Part shown: positions 25,576 to 38,615 of the stretch, piece by piece
How the letters are laid out: every line of letters starts with the position of its first letter
Position numbering within the stretch: position 1 is the stretch's first letter
NCBI GenBank assembly: GCA_951406725.2
Contig: OX597816.1
Coordinates: 20,212,001-20,276,000 of the forward strand
Direction of reading: 5' to 3'
From: Octopus vulgaris
Lineage: Eukaryota
DNA length: 64,000 bases
Made by a program: the position numbers and the translations under genes
The notes under the pieces: model-generated
What the model saw: the letters and a program-made list of their open reading frames with translations, nothing else
The model's database searches: none
Told to the model about the DNA's origin: nothing

Positions 25576-26057
25576 TATGAAACTAATATTACTAGTACGT
25601 CCGATGCCGATGTTGTATGGTGCTAGACACGTAGATTCAATACTCACGTTTTCCTTGCTGCCTAAATTACAACTTGTATTGTAAAGAAAAATGCAGTTAT
25701 GTTGCTTCATGAAGATTGACTGTAGACAATGTCTCGATCGCGTGTACAATGGAGAGAAAGTATAAACATACTTTTACATTTGGAGTAAAGAACAAAATAA
25801 AATACACCGTTTCTTTCTAGCTCTGTGGTTATTACAACGTGTCAGAGAATTCTATATAGAGAAGAGAAAGGGCAAGAGAAATAACAGTTAATATAAATAT
25901 ATAATCACAAATCAGTTGACTATGATGTGATTCATATTCATAATTTTATAAAAGATACGATATATCTTGAGAGCGGTAAGTGCACTTTAGATAGACAGAT
26001 CCTTTTCATAATGACATTGACTGCCATCCTATATAGCTACAGTATATTCGGTGCATT

Positions 26058-26381
26058 GTGAAGGCGCGTGGCTTAGTGGTTAGGGCATTCAGCTCACGAT
26101 TGTAAGGTTGTGAGTTCGATTCCCGGCGATGCGTTGTATCCTTGAGCAAGACACTTTATTTCACGTTGCTCCACTCCACTCAGCTGGCAAAAATGAATAG
26201 TACCTGTATTTTAAAGGACCAGCCATGTCACATTCTGGGACACGCTGAATCTCCCTGAGAACTTCGTTAGGGGTACGCATGTCTGTGGATTGCTCTGTCA
26301 CTTGCACGTTAATTTCACGAGCAGGCTGTTCCGTTGATCGTATCAGTTGGGAACCTCGTCGTCGTAACCGACGGAGTGCTC
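26058..26381 (+). mobile_element. SINE family D head with family C tail
   Basis: GGCGCGTGGCTTAGTGGTTAG head, CCTTGAGCAAGACACTT, tail CGTCGTAACCGACGGAGTGC. Confidence 0.88.
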
Positions 26382-26664
26382 CTATTCGGGGCATTGTATT
26401 GTGTGCACCACCCTCCTCCTTTGAAATTGTAAGCTTTGTATTCTCTTTAACTTTAGAAAAATGGATTCAGCTCTTCTGTAGTAAATGCATATGTACGTTT
26501 ATCCCTTTTCTTTTTCTTGAGTCCTAGGATTCATACGGCTGATCACTCGGTTTACCCGGCGTGTAAGTGACTGTAAGAGCACATTTCCGTGAACGTGACA
26601 CCAACCAGCGACACCAGCAATTTCGAGGTGAGTGGCAAGCCGATTTTAAAAGATAATTTCTCAA

Positions 26665-27435
26665 TAATACAGCTCTATATTTAAGAGATGAGGAATTATG
26701 TTCGTTATTTACATTCGATGGATGTTTGTCCTCATCTTGTCGGCTGATATATCCTACATCCTTCATCAGGTGTCTTGGAGAAATAAAGCTGTGGTGAAAC
26801 ATGCTGCCCCTCAAAATAAGGGTAGACGAACATTGCAAAGGTGTGACACGAGGAGATATTGATAAATCGGGTATAGCTGATCATATATGGAAAAATGGAG
26901 ACCACCTCCCTCTGTGGAATGAAGTTAAAATAATAGACAGAGAACACTACTGGAAAATACGAAAACTAAAAGAAGCAGCACATATGCTAGGACACAACAA
27001 CCTTCTAAGCAGGCCGAGTGCAGATATGAATAGCAAATGGGAACCGGTATTAAAGAACGTTAAGAAAATATTAGATTTATAAGCCCTAAAATGCACTCCA
27101 TAAATTAACTATATAGCGTTGTGGTTAAGGGCGCAGGCTACTAACCCCAAGATTCCGAGTTCGATACCAGGCAGTAACCCGAACAACAACAACAGCAACA
27201 GCAGCAGCAGCAGCAGCAACAGCAACAACAACAACAACAACAACAGCAGCAGCAGCAGCAGCAAAAACAACAACAACAACAACAACAACATAGAAAATAC
27301 CTTAGGAATGAGAACCCAGGTTCGAAATTTCCTCAAGACACCTGATGAAGACTACATGGTACATCAGCCGAAACGTGTTTACAACAATCAAGATGACGAC
27401 AACTTTCCATCAAATGTAAATAACGTAAATAATGT
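26665..27435 (+). mobile_element. Penelope-like element 3' fragment with inverted partial terminal repeat
   Basis: Inverted tail copy 26665-26787, GIY-YIG C-terminal ORF, tRNA-like head at ~27110, (CAA/CAG)n, degenerate hammerhead CTGATGA at 27342 ...CAGCCGAAACG. Confidence 0.8.
26801..27082 (+). pseudogene. Penelope GIY-YIG endonuclease, C-terminal half
   Basis: LKIRVDEH...KSGIADHIW...HLPLWNEVKIIDRE...RKLKEAAHM pattern. Confidence 0.85.
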
Positions 27436-28298
27436 ATACTCTCTCGAGTCATGCCGACTCATAAGGGTGGGTTTGCCTAGTATCCATGGCGTATAGAGAC
27501 CCCCACCTGAATGCTGGATGACTCGTTTTCGGCAGCTGATTGGACTGGAGCAACGTAAAATGAAATGATTTGCACGAAAAAAGTTAAACAGGATAAAAAC
27601 AAGCGAACGATTCTGCTAGGTCACAGCATATCATGCGTATATTCATACACACATTCCATGCGAACGTTGTGCGTGCGTATGTTTATATGAGTCACTCTGA
27701 ATGGGGATGTGCAGCAGGTTGCTACAGCATACATGCATGTCACATTATTTTCTACTTAAAAGATGGATAATTCATTACGCAATTTTAAAATAACAAATCA
27801 AACAATACAAATCAAATATAAAATTGAAATGAAACAGAATCCCAGCTCAGGTTTTCTTGCGCTGACACAAGAGTATTTAAATCTGGATTTTGTCATCAGA
27901 AACACTTTTAGCAACATTTGCTCCCATAAACTTCATTCATGATCAATATAGTCACACAATTAATTTTGAAAAATTGTAAAGTGATTTTAGATTTTCCTGT
28001 CATCCGAAAAAACATTAGTTTCCTTCCCATCTGCTAGTTACCGTAATTAATAAATGCATGAGGCACCGTCCACCGCGTTACTAAATCTGTTAGAAGTAGC
28101 CCCCAAATCACACACTATTTCTATATAGTGTGTAAAGATAAACTCAAAAGCTAAGTCTTAAATACACTAAATTTGATGAAAAGAAAACTGGATCATCACA
28201 AGATTTTTTGATTTTTAAAAATTCAGCTACAGCAACGGACTCTTGGGACTGAATAACCACATCAGCTACAATTAATCGAAGATATTTATGCTGGTAAT

Positions 28299-28575
28299 AA
28301 GGCAGCGAGCTGGCAGAAACGTTAGCACGCCGGGCGAAATGCGTAGCCGTATTTCGTCTGCCGTTACGTTCTGAGTTCAAATTCCGTCAAGGTCAACTTT
28401 GCCTTTCATACTTTCGGGGTCGATAAATTAAGGATCAGTTACGCACTGGGGTCGATGTAATCGACTTAATCCGTTTGTCTATCCTTGTTTGTCCTCTCTG
28501 TGTTTAGCCCCTTGTGGATAGTAAAGAAATAGGCATTTCGTCTGTATTTATTTCAGAGTTCAAATTCCAACGAGT
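28299..28575 (+). mobile_element. SINE family A
   Basis: Full head and tail as in the copy at 23201. Confidence 0.9.
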
Positions 28576-29609
28576 GTTGGGGCCTGTGTTATTGACTTCA
28601 CTGCTAAAACTTTAAAATCTATATTTGTTTGAAGTATTTTGGCGCCCAATAGCTTTATATATCTTTATTTATATATTTAACAATTTTACCTGACGGCGAG
28701 ATGCATTTCACCTCACAAAGCCTGAAATATGTAACAGGAAAGGGGCGAAAATCTATTGAACAGGTATATTAGGTATAGAGTAGATTCTGATATCTAAAGT
28801 AGAAAATCATGCACGGTAGCAGTAACAGAGATAAACACTCTTCCCCTGCACCAGATAGTGCCTTTCAGCTGGGCAGAATAACACCTTTATTGGATCGGTG
28901 AAGTTGTTTTCAATGTTATACGCTTTCTCATTGGACATATTTGGTATTTCACGATTCCCGAAGGCATACGTTTTAATAAACTTTTCAAAGTTAATAATTT
29001 ACCTTGAGGATTTTAATATCTGAATGCTGAAATTTTTGTTTCTATTTTATTTGTGTATATTTTCATTTGAGTATATATTTTGTGACTGAATTTGCATTAT
29101 GCAAAAAGAATATTGAGATCCTGGAAATCAAAATATAAATATTTGCATAGAACTTATTGATTTCGGGTATTATTTTCTTTTAATTTTTTTTCTAAACCAA
29201 AAAGCAATATTAGAATTTAGAGAATGCAAGTGATTAATAATTTAGAGTAATCTTGCTTTGATTTTAAAATTATTTATAAAAGATCGAATTAATTTAACTC
29301 ACTCTAGTACATCTAGATCATATCGCGATTTAAAATCTCACTAGGTGTTCAGAAAAAGAAAACATACGGTTACGTGCAAAGAAACTTAATATCTTATATT
29401 TAAAACATACTCGAACAGAAAGCTGATTTATAATATTAAAAATTATATATACAACGCTCTATGGTATATTAAGCAATTCTACTAAAAATATGAAAAATAT
29501 GTAGACGAACACTTGCATTGAGGTTATCTGGTTTAGTCAGAAAGATTGTTAGTGAAGCGTCGGTTTCAAATCCAGATCCGGTATAATTTAGAAAATCACA
29601 CTTTTCCGT

Positions 29610-29914
29610 TTGGAATGGTTGCGTGGTAAGAAGCTTGCTACTCAACCACATTGTTCCGGGTTCGGTCCCACTACGTGGAACCTGGAGCATGTGTTTTCTA
29701 CTATAGCCTTGTGACCAAAACTATGTGAGTGGATTTGGTAGGCGGAAGCTGAAAGAAGCCCACCAATTATATACTTTATTATTTTTTATTTTGTACTTTA
29801 CTTAATTATTGGTATATGTTTTATTGTTATCATTAATTTTTTCTATATGGTATAATTAATTTATATCATTGATATTTCATTGTTGAATTGCTAACAGGTG
29901 GTTATTCTCTAATT

Positions 29915-29947
<33 letters not shown>

Positions 29948-30173
29948 GTGTGTGTGTTTCTGTCTGTGTTTGTCTCGACCACCATCTACCTGGCAACAGA
30001 TTTTGGTGTATTTACGTCCCCGTAATCGAGCGGTTCGGCCAAAGAGACCGATGGAATAAGTACTAGGCTTATAAACAATAAGTCCTGGCATCGATTTGTT
30101 GGACTGAAACCCCTTCAAGATGGTGTTCTGACTTGGCCGCAGTCAAATGACTGAAACAAATAAGAGAATAAAA
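29610..30173 (+). mobile_element. SINE family E (AT-rich centre)
   Basis: GTGGTAAGAAGCTTGCT head; GCCGCAGTCAAATGACTGAAAC tail. Confidence 0.8.
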
Positions 30174-30341
30174 AGTTTCTACGATATATTAAGCAATTCC
30201 ACTAAAATATGAAAAGATGTAGACGAACATTTGCATTGAGGTTGTCCAGTTTAGCCAGAAAGGTTGTTAGTGAAGTATAATTTAGAAAAGGACAGTTTTC
30301 CGTTACGAATGTTTAACGTTAGTAGAAAAATATAATTTAAA

Positions 30342-30855
30342 CTAGCACTATGACTCGGCGTTGCTAGGTCTAGTGCTAGTGTTTGTTGTTCGTTCCCGGG
30401 TCGCAGTAAATATTTCTCATTATATCAAGAGCTAAGTTTCTTATCACATTTCAGCCTGGGCCAGTTTTGTTGTTTATGAGCTAGCTGGAGCTTTTTATGA
30501 GAGTAATTAATATTCATTGGACATCGGTTTTCACACCTGGAACGGCATAATCATGGAAAATTAGCAGGACTGTGCACATGCCATTAGTCGGACAAAAAAG
30601 GAGGCAGAGGAAAATGAACAGCTCGAATTTGTCCGCAAAAAAACTTATGTGCATGAGGGGTCAGTTTATCGATTTTTACTGGCTTTCTGGGGTAACTGGG
30701 GAAATGAAAAGATCTTCACGACCACCCTCAGACAGTTTTGAAAGCCCATTGAAAATGCGAGATTTTTACGTGAAAAACTGTGGATTTGTATAGAGGACAT
30801 ACTGACACACAGACACACAGATGCACAGACATTTTGCCGTTTATAGATATAGAGA
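30342..30855 (-). mobile_element. Non-autonomous Helitron
   Basis: Minus strand TCTCTATATCTATAAA start; GCAACGCCG hairpin remnant then CTAG end; A/T insertion site. Confidence 0.75.
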
Positions 30856-31159
30856 TGTTGTTTAATGGATTGTTTGATCATCCAATCAATGGCAAGGTTT
30901 TTACCAACATCGCCTCTATATCGCACTCATCGTTTCTTCACATCATCTTTCTTTCAATTCTTCGTGCTGATACTTGTATTCTATATAACTTCAACCGTGT
31001 AGCATTATCTTGAGCTTTGCATCTTTAAGCTTTTAAATAGTTTCATACATTCTTACAGAGCTTTGGTTCATTTGGCACTCTCAAGGACTTCATTACACCC
31101 TTCGTACTTGGCCATTTTATCGTGGTTGCTATCACTTTGTGCATGGGGATCTTTTATCT

Positions 31160-31490
31160 TTTTCTTGTTTCAGTCATTGGAATGCGGCCGTGCTGGAAGG
31201 CATCGCCTTGAAATGTTTTAGTCGAAAAAGGCAACCCTACTTCCCATATATTTCTAAGTCTTTTGCTTATTCTATCGGTCTGTTTTTCTGAAACCTTACA
31301 GGAACATAAACAAACTCGCACTGGTAGATAAGATGTCTGTGTGATTAGGCTTCCACACAGTTTCCGTTTCTCCCTTTACCAAATACTCACTTACAAGTTA
31401 TATTGCCCAAGGTACCGCAAGTTTGGATTGAACTCTAAACCACGCCATTGGAAAGCGAACTTCTTAACCACACAGCCATACCTGCGGCTA
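31160..31490 (-). mobile_element. Degenerate SINE family E
   Basis: TTTCAGTCATT...GCGGCC.TGCTGG and TAACCACACAGCCA motifs. Confidence 0.65.
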
Positions 31491-31540
31491 TGACGATTAT
31501 TTTTGACTTTCATCTACAAAAAATATCGTTGTACTTAATA

Positions 31541-31751
31541 AAGGGTGCGGCAGAAATACCTCCCACATTTTAATCTTTCACCTATGTGTTGCTAAAGAAC
31601 TTATGCCAGTAACAATAATGTTTTTATTTAGCTATTGACCAAAAACTGTAACCGTTTGTGTAAACAACGATACAAATAATTTTTCATAAAAGTTGTTTCT
31701 TTATCCTTTTGTCAACGTTTTAAATGTGGGAGGTATTTCTGCCGCATCCCG
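31541..31751. mobile_element. Tc1/mariner-type MITE
   Basis: ~33 bp TIRs GGGTGCGGCAGAAATACCTCCCACATTT, TA flanks. Confidence 0.88.
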
Positions 31752-32544
31752 TATATTACAAATGATGTGATTTGCCTTGCAAAATCTAGAAATCGGAGGC
31801 AAAATATCTTTTGCTTCAGGTTGTATTTCATTGAACATCGATTACTCTTTAGAATACAAGTGCTTCTCTCGGTGTTCGGTCTTAATAAATTTTAAAGAAT
31901 TTATTGTAAAATATCAAGACTAAAAATGTCTGTATCTTTTAAATATCACAAATATTTATCACTTCTTTTTTTTTTTTGTAATATACAAATTTTTCATGAG
32001 AAATGCGAAACATTTAAAAACAATTGTACATAATTATTCTGTATAATTATTCTGTCTAATAATTTAATGATTATTCTAATTGCAAATTAGAAAATATTGA
32101 AAATTCCTTGGAAAAAAATCAAATGTGAAACGTTTTGTAGTTTTCATAGATAAAATTTTTAATAATTATTTCATTTAATTTGGTTTATTTTTGTAATAAT
32201 TTACTCGTTTTTTAGAAAATTTCTGTTGCTGTTTTGATTTTTCCTTCCTTTGTCATTTTATGACTCACCATTTTACACCTGACGTTCTTTTACTTTTGCC
32301 CATGATGTTTTTTATGTTATTTTGTCCATTTGTTTTCTCCATTATATTCGTCAAATGAAATGGTGATAATCCAATCTTTGGTGATAACGCATTAATGCAG
32401 GAAATATGCACAGCTCCTCTGTTTTCTCCCGAAATGTTGATATGTATATATATATACACAGGGGAGAAATTACGAGAGATAGAAGATTATATTATATCCC
32501 CTACGCGTGTCTCAACTTCAGGAAGGCGCAAGCATGGACAGCTT

Positions 32545-32937
32545 AGGCGCGGGAGTGGCTGGGTGGTAAGCAGCTTGCTTACCAACCACATGGTTCCGGG
32601 TTCATTCCCACTTCGTGTCAACTTGGGCAAGTGTTTTCTACCATAGCCTCGGGTCGACCAAAGCCTTGTGAGTGGATTTGGTAGGCAGGAACTGAAAGAA
32701 GCCTGTCGTATATATGTATATGTGTGTGTTTATGTTTGTGTGTCTGTGTTTGCCTCCCCAAATCACTTGACAACCGATGCTGGTCTGTTTTCGTCACCGT
32801 AACTTAGGGGTTCGGCAAAAGAGACCGATAGAATGAGAACTAGGCTTACGAAGAATAAGTCCTGTGGTTGACTTGCTCGACTAAAGGCGGTGCTCCAGCA
32901 TGGCCGCAGTCAAATGACTGAACCAAGTAAAGAGTAA
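32545..32937 (+). mobile_element. SINE family E (CORE-like middle, CR1-type tail)
   Basis: tRNA head, CTTGGGCAAGTG block, tail GGCGGTGCTCCAGCATGGCCGCAGTCAAATGACTGAA. Confidence 0.9.
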
Positions 32938-32949
32938 GCTAAAGAAGGT

Positions 32950-33815
32950 CTGGAACTCCGAAGTGCCAATGCATATAAAAATCAACCTGTTCATTGCAAC
33001 TGTCGAATCAATGCCATTATGTGGAAGTAAGATATGGACAGTGACAAAGAAATAATGAATCAGGTTAAGTGGATGCTACACAAGGATGCTACGAATGGCT
33101 GTAAATGTGAAATGGCAGAAAGATATGACAAACGAATGTCATTGGATGGAAGCACTCCGTCGGTTACGACGACGAGGGTTCCGGTTGATCCGAATCAACG
33201 GAAAAGTCTGCTCATGAAATTAACGTGTAAGTGGCTGAGCACTCCACAGACACGTGTAACTTTAACGTAGTTCTCGGGGATATTCAGCGTGACACAGAGA
33301 GTGACAAGGCCGGCCCCTTGAAATACAGGTACAACAGAAACAGGAAGTAAGCGTGAGAGAAAGTTGTGGTGAAAGAGTACAGCAGGGATCACCACCATCC
33401 CTGCCGGAGCCGCGTGGAGCTTTTAGGTGTTTTCGATCAATAAACACTCACAACGCCCGGTCTGAGAATCGAAACTGCGATCCTATGACCGCGAGTCCGC
33501 TACCCTAACCACTGGGTCATTGCGCCTCCACTGAATGTCATTACTGACGCTTGGCGAAAGTCAGCGAGAAGATCAAGCAAAGACGTCTGGACAATGCGAG
33601 CACCGTCCTAGGCTAGCAGCCTCCAAATTTCTGTTGTGGAACTTCATAATGATGACGTAAGAAGAGGAAAACTTTTGTCATCCTTACATCGGCAAATTGA
33701 TTGCAGACTTTGGCCTTGAATACAAAAAGGACATCGAGGAAATGATGATGAACCGAGAAGTGCGGCGGGTAGACATTATTGCTGCGAGTGAGGTTGGAAC
33801 ACGCCCAGAATATAA
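32950..33815 (+). mobile_element. Degenerate RTE-type LINE 3' fragment split by a SINE
   Basis: KVSEKIKQRRL...YIGKLIADFGLE...EEMMMNREVRR resembles an RTE C-terminus. Confidence 0.55.
33146..33531 (-). mobile_element. SINE family C
   Basis: Full length; target-site duplication GAATGTCATT. Confidence 0.92.
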
Positions 33816-33926
33816 TAAAGATCCCACCTTGTGGTTATTTGAATCCTCTACATTGTATGCTATGTTCCAAGTGTAATTGAATGCTGAACCGCAACAGGGT
33901 AATTGATGCATAAGTTGCAAATAGGG

Positions 33927-34309
33927 GGAAGCACTCCGTCGGTTACGACGACGAGGGATACAGTTGATCCGATCAACGGAACAGCCTGCTCGTGAAATTA
34001 ACGTGTAAGTGGCTGAGCACTCCACAGACACGTGTACCCTTAACGTAGTTCTCGGGGATATTCAGCGTGACACAGAGAGTGACAAGGCCGGCCCCTTGAA
34101 ATACAGGTACAACAGAAACAGGAAGTAAGGGTGAGAGAAAGTTGTGGTGAAATAGTACAGCAGGGATCACCATCATCGCTGCCGGAGCCTCGTGGAGCTT
34201 TAGGTGTTTTCGCTCAATAAACACTCACAACGCCCGGTCTGGGAATCGAAACCGCGATCCTACGACCCCGAGTTCGCTGCCCTAACCACTGGGCCATTGC
34301 GCCTCCACC
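33927..34309 (-). mobile_element. SINE family C
   Basis: Full length; target-site duplication AGTTGCAAATA. Confidence 0.92.
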
Positions 34310-34423
34310 AGTTGCAAATAACAACAGTGAAATAATTAAAATCATATAACAATTCCTTCTTCGTTTGCTCTGTGCACCATAAACAATGATACTATTAAGT
34401 GTGATATCAACCACACTACTATG

Positions 34424-34899
34424 CAGTAATCCGTCGACTATCGAGAGTGTTACGTTCCAAAACCTTCCGCGATAGCTGGAAATCCGCGAATTAGAAACAG
34501 TACTGCATATGTTTTTTTTATCATTTTTATAATTTGTATATATTCATTTTATTATAAATGCAAAAGAGCACCAAACACTCGCCTCCCGAGTTTCGTTTTC
34601 CATACAGTATGAACGATTATTTGTTTACTCATCTGCGGTACACTACGTATTTTCTTTTAATCTACTTTAATTAATATGCAGTATTTTCTATTTTCATTTA
34701 TAAATTGATTTTTAGGTGTGAAAATGGTTATTTTACCGCAAAAATAACTAACATCTAAAAAAAATATAAATACATATAACACGCAGAAATCCGCGATATA
34801 ATGACGAGCCCGTGATATAAATTTACATATATTACCTAGAAAAATCCGCGATGTACTGAGTGTGTGATAGGTGAACCGCGATATGGCGAGAGATTCCTG
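34424..34899. mobile_element. pogo/Tigger-type MITE
   Basis: Imperfect TIRs CAGTAATCCGTCGACTATCG / CGATATGGCGAGAGATTCCTG-TA; repeated AATCCGCGAT subterminal motifs. Confidence 0.7.
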
Positions 34900-35975
34900 T
34901 ACAAGAAGCAAACTGAGAGATGATACTCTACATTGAACTCTAACGTCGCCAGCAGTATTCGTACATCTAACTAAACAGGCAAAATATATATTCAGATATG
35001 TCTATGTCTGTGTCTGCACATGTGATCATGTATACGTGTATTTCTGTGTGGTCTGTGTTGCTTTTAAATTTTTTTCTAGTCAGTTAAACTGATGAAGCAA
35101 ACTTGACCTATAAGGAATTGTTTTCTGATTATGGCTATCTTGTCGTTTCAGCCGTATGCATCACAGTGTTATCTATTTTGCCGCTCAACATGTGATTTGA
35201 GTTAGATTTGAGTGGTAGAAAACAAGCCACCTACAAATGTAGTTATGACTTCTTTATGGGGTTTTAGAGAAATTACATTGCACACCAAATCTGAACACAT
35301 CCGTATCTGGATGGACAAAAATTAATATGAAATATATTAGATTTATTTGAAGAAATAAATCTAATTCCCGAGGGATTGACACGATATGGAAATTTAGAAA
35401 ATTGACGTAAGTTAATAATCTGGGGAAATGATCACATCATTATTGGATATATTCTTTTACTTATTTACTTTTTATTTACATTTTTTGCCCTTTCTTCTAC
35501 TGTAATAAAAAAAATCCCAGACAACATATACTCAAAAACAATTCGCGTAGGCAGAGAGGAAAAACAACGAAATTCACTCGGCATTTGATTAACTGTGGAC
35601 GCGTATCGGAGTTAGATAGATATGAAAAATCCAAAAATCGCATTTCCATTCCAATCATTCTCAGCACAGTATTTTAGGGTTTCAAATTTGAGACCACTGA
35701 AAAAACTGAACATCCCTATCCGATTCAAGTAACATCGGACAAACTATATCCAACGACCAGTACCAACGAATTCAAAACATACGAATTAGGTCTCGTATTC
35801 TCCGTCCCCCACCCACATATGTTGTCGAGTAAAAAATTCTACAGAAAAAAACTGTAGTTTATTATCAGGGAGAGAATTATATTATCAATAATAATAAAGG
35901 GTAAAATTTATTAATTAGTAATTAATTAATTAATTTTACCCTTTATTATTATTGATAATATATATATATATATAA

Positions 35976-36490
35976 TTCCAGATTGAGGACATCAGGGAGA
36001 GAGAGGTGAATGACTTCGTAAGAAAAGCTAGAGCAAAGAGTGCCCCAGGAGGTGATGGCGTCTCATATGTGAAGACGCAGGCTGGAAAGCGGAACCTTTT
36101 CCTATCGAAGTCGGATGTAGAGGGTTTGTAGGACACAGCGTGAGACGACTGTTGTTATCGTTAGGCCTAACTCATCGTAAAGTCAATACCACCATGACTG
36201 ATATCCAATCTACAGTGGAGTAGGCTAGCCACTGGATTTGGTTAAAAAGAGACGATGAGCGATGGCTAGAAGTATATTGAGTTCTTCATAACCAGCTGAT
36301 CTAGCAAGCGGGGCCTCATATCAGTGAGGGGGCCGGTGCGCATTGATGCCGTCGAGAGGTAGGCCCCGAAACGGCGCGCATTCTCTCCTGGTGACCCCAT
36401 ACACTTGCTAGTTTCCGATATACGGAGCTTTTAACTGGTAGCACTTGCATGTGCAAGTTGCTTGCAAGACATCTACCGCGGAATTCAACA
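35976..36490 (+). mobile_element. Hero-like RLE non-LTR element, internally deleted, with 3'UTR
   Basis: VRKARAKSAPGGDGVSY joined to CEDAGWKAEPFPIEVGCRGFVGHS...ASHWIWLKRDD. Confidence 0.75.
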
Positions 36491-37908
36491 CATCCTTGGA
36501 GCTATAGCAGAATCCACTTCACTGAAGAGGTGAGCAGTGGGACTGAAACCAACCCGATGTTACGTGGTTCTTAATCGATCTTCTTAACCACGGATCCACG
36601 CCTGCGACCGAGTCAATTAAAAACTTTAAAACAAAGAGATACAATTATATAACAATAATGTGAATAGTACACTTTGTTTTAATTAGAAAGGTGACGGAAG
36701 CTATTTCGTTTCAGACTTGGAACAACAGGTAGACGTTTAGTTTTTTTGATTAGATACACTTTGTAGTAGATCACTATATTAGTGTTTATTTTGTTAACCT
36801 TTTTATATTGTGGGTGAATGTGAAAATAAAATGGATATTGTGTTTACTGTGAAAGAGAAATTTAGAATATTACACCATTACACATGTGGCATAGTATAGT
36901 AAGCTGAGAAAATTAATATTACAAAATGAATCGTTCTTTAATAATATTTCTTTAATAAAACCAAATGAAAATAAATAAATACATAACGCTATACATAATA
37001 TTAAATATAGAGGAAAAAATAATGCAGAACTTTGCAATTAGAATAGTGAAGAAATAATACAAGAAGCGACCTGGGGGAGATATTTTCTTCTCATTCTATC
37101 TGTTCGCAGACACACATATATTGACACTCAGAGAGATACAAATACATATATGTATGCGCATAAGTGTAGGTAAGCGGGTAATCTTTTTATATATTATACA
37201 TGTATTATTTCATACCATGTATATACAGGGTGGCCACAAATTCTCGCACTACGGGATATATCAAGTCGAAACAGACTCACGTTTCAGTGTTATATTTCTT
37301 TCCGTCTAGTTTCATCCTATTCACTATACTGTACATTTGTAGCACTTTCTTGGAAGCTATATGCTCACTGACGCGATTGATACAGTATGAAAGGTGACAA
37401 AATTGTGATGACCTCCAAATAATAGCTGATGAAAGGATTTCTGTTTCCTTCTTTGCGTTTTCCTTGTGTTTCCTTTTTCTTCTATTTTCGTTGTAACGCC
37501 ACGCTGATTTTGGCTTGAACTCAATAACGTTACTATTCGTCAGTGACCCTCTATCACTCTTTTCTCTCAGCTTCTCCACATTCTCTCTCCCTCGCTGTCT
37601 TATTAACTTTTTCTCTCAAAATTACAATGGCAGGTTATCAATGGAACTGTAAACATATGTAATGATACATAAGTGAAGACACGTAAAACAACACACGTGA
37701 CTATATAAATTCATACAAACATACATACACACAAAAACAAAGCGCATAAAATAATACAAGCATACAAATGTGCAGACAAGTTGGTAATAAAATACCAATG
37801 TGGGGGTCTGGTTTCAAATCTGTCGCTGGATCCCTATTTGAAATACTGAGAACTGGAAAAATTAACAAGCATTCATATGTATTTGCCACCATACACATCG
37901 TACGCGTA

Positions 37909-37942
<34 letters not shown>

Positions 37943-38139
37943 TATATATATAATGGTGGTGCCCCAGCATGGCCACAGCTCGTGAGCTGAAACTAGATAA
38001 AAAATTTTTTTTTAAATAATAAATATATATATATAGATAGATAGATAGATACATACATACATATTCATATGCATATATACATTCATATACATATATCTAT
38101 ACATGTATGTATACATACGTACATATAATAATAATAATG

Positions 38140-38188
<49 letters not shown>

Positions 38189-38361
38189 ATACTTGAGGCC
38201 AATAGGTATATGCCAATTAGAATGTTTAAATGTTGAGCAGAGCACCGGCACACTTTAGGCTAACTCTTGTCATCTGCTGTGTTGGTATAGCGGATAAGAA
38301 CAAGTAGCCTAAACTGTTGGATCTACCTCAGGAACACCGCAATGGCTATTATGATAATAAT

Positions 38362-38540
38362 ATGAATTAACAGGGGATGGATTCGATATTAATTATTTAT
38401 TGGGTACAAGATATGTTTCGACCCATCAGTAGTGAGACATATCTTTATCAATGTACCCGAGGAAACCTACAACGATGGTTCGAAACATATGTTGTACTCA
38501 ATCGAGATTTAATACCGAATCAATTTTCTTTTAATTAATA
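38362..38540. mobile_element. Degenerate fold-back element with hammerhead-like motif
   Basis: Inverted arms 38362-38427 / 38474-38540; GTAC CCGAGGA AACC...GGTT C GAAA CATATG TT GTAC at 38453-38497. Confidence 0.55.
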
Positions 38541-38550
38541 TAATTAATAT

Positions 38551-38614
<64 letters not shown>

Positions 38615-38615
<1 letters not shown>

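Noticed and set aside
28684-28738. TTAC CTGAC GGC...GCC T GAAA TAT GTAA
   Set aside because: Core is incomplete; may be a decayed hammerhead but cannot be supported
20820-31140. Faint LINE C-terminal similarities at ~20830-21000 and ~30870-31130 (both minus strand)
   Set aside because: Too degenerate to classify by eye
38402-38458. Minus-strand TTGATAA core with GGGTACA/TGTACCC stem
   Set aside because: No stem II; probably produced by the inversion junction
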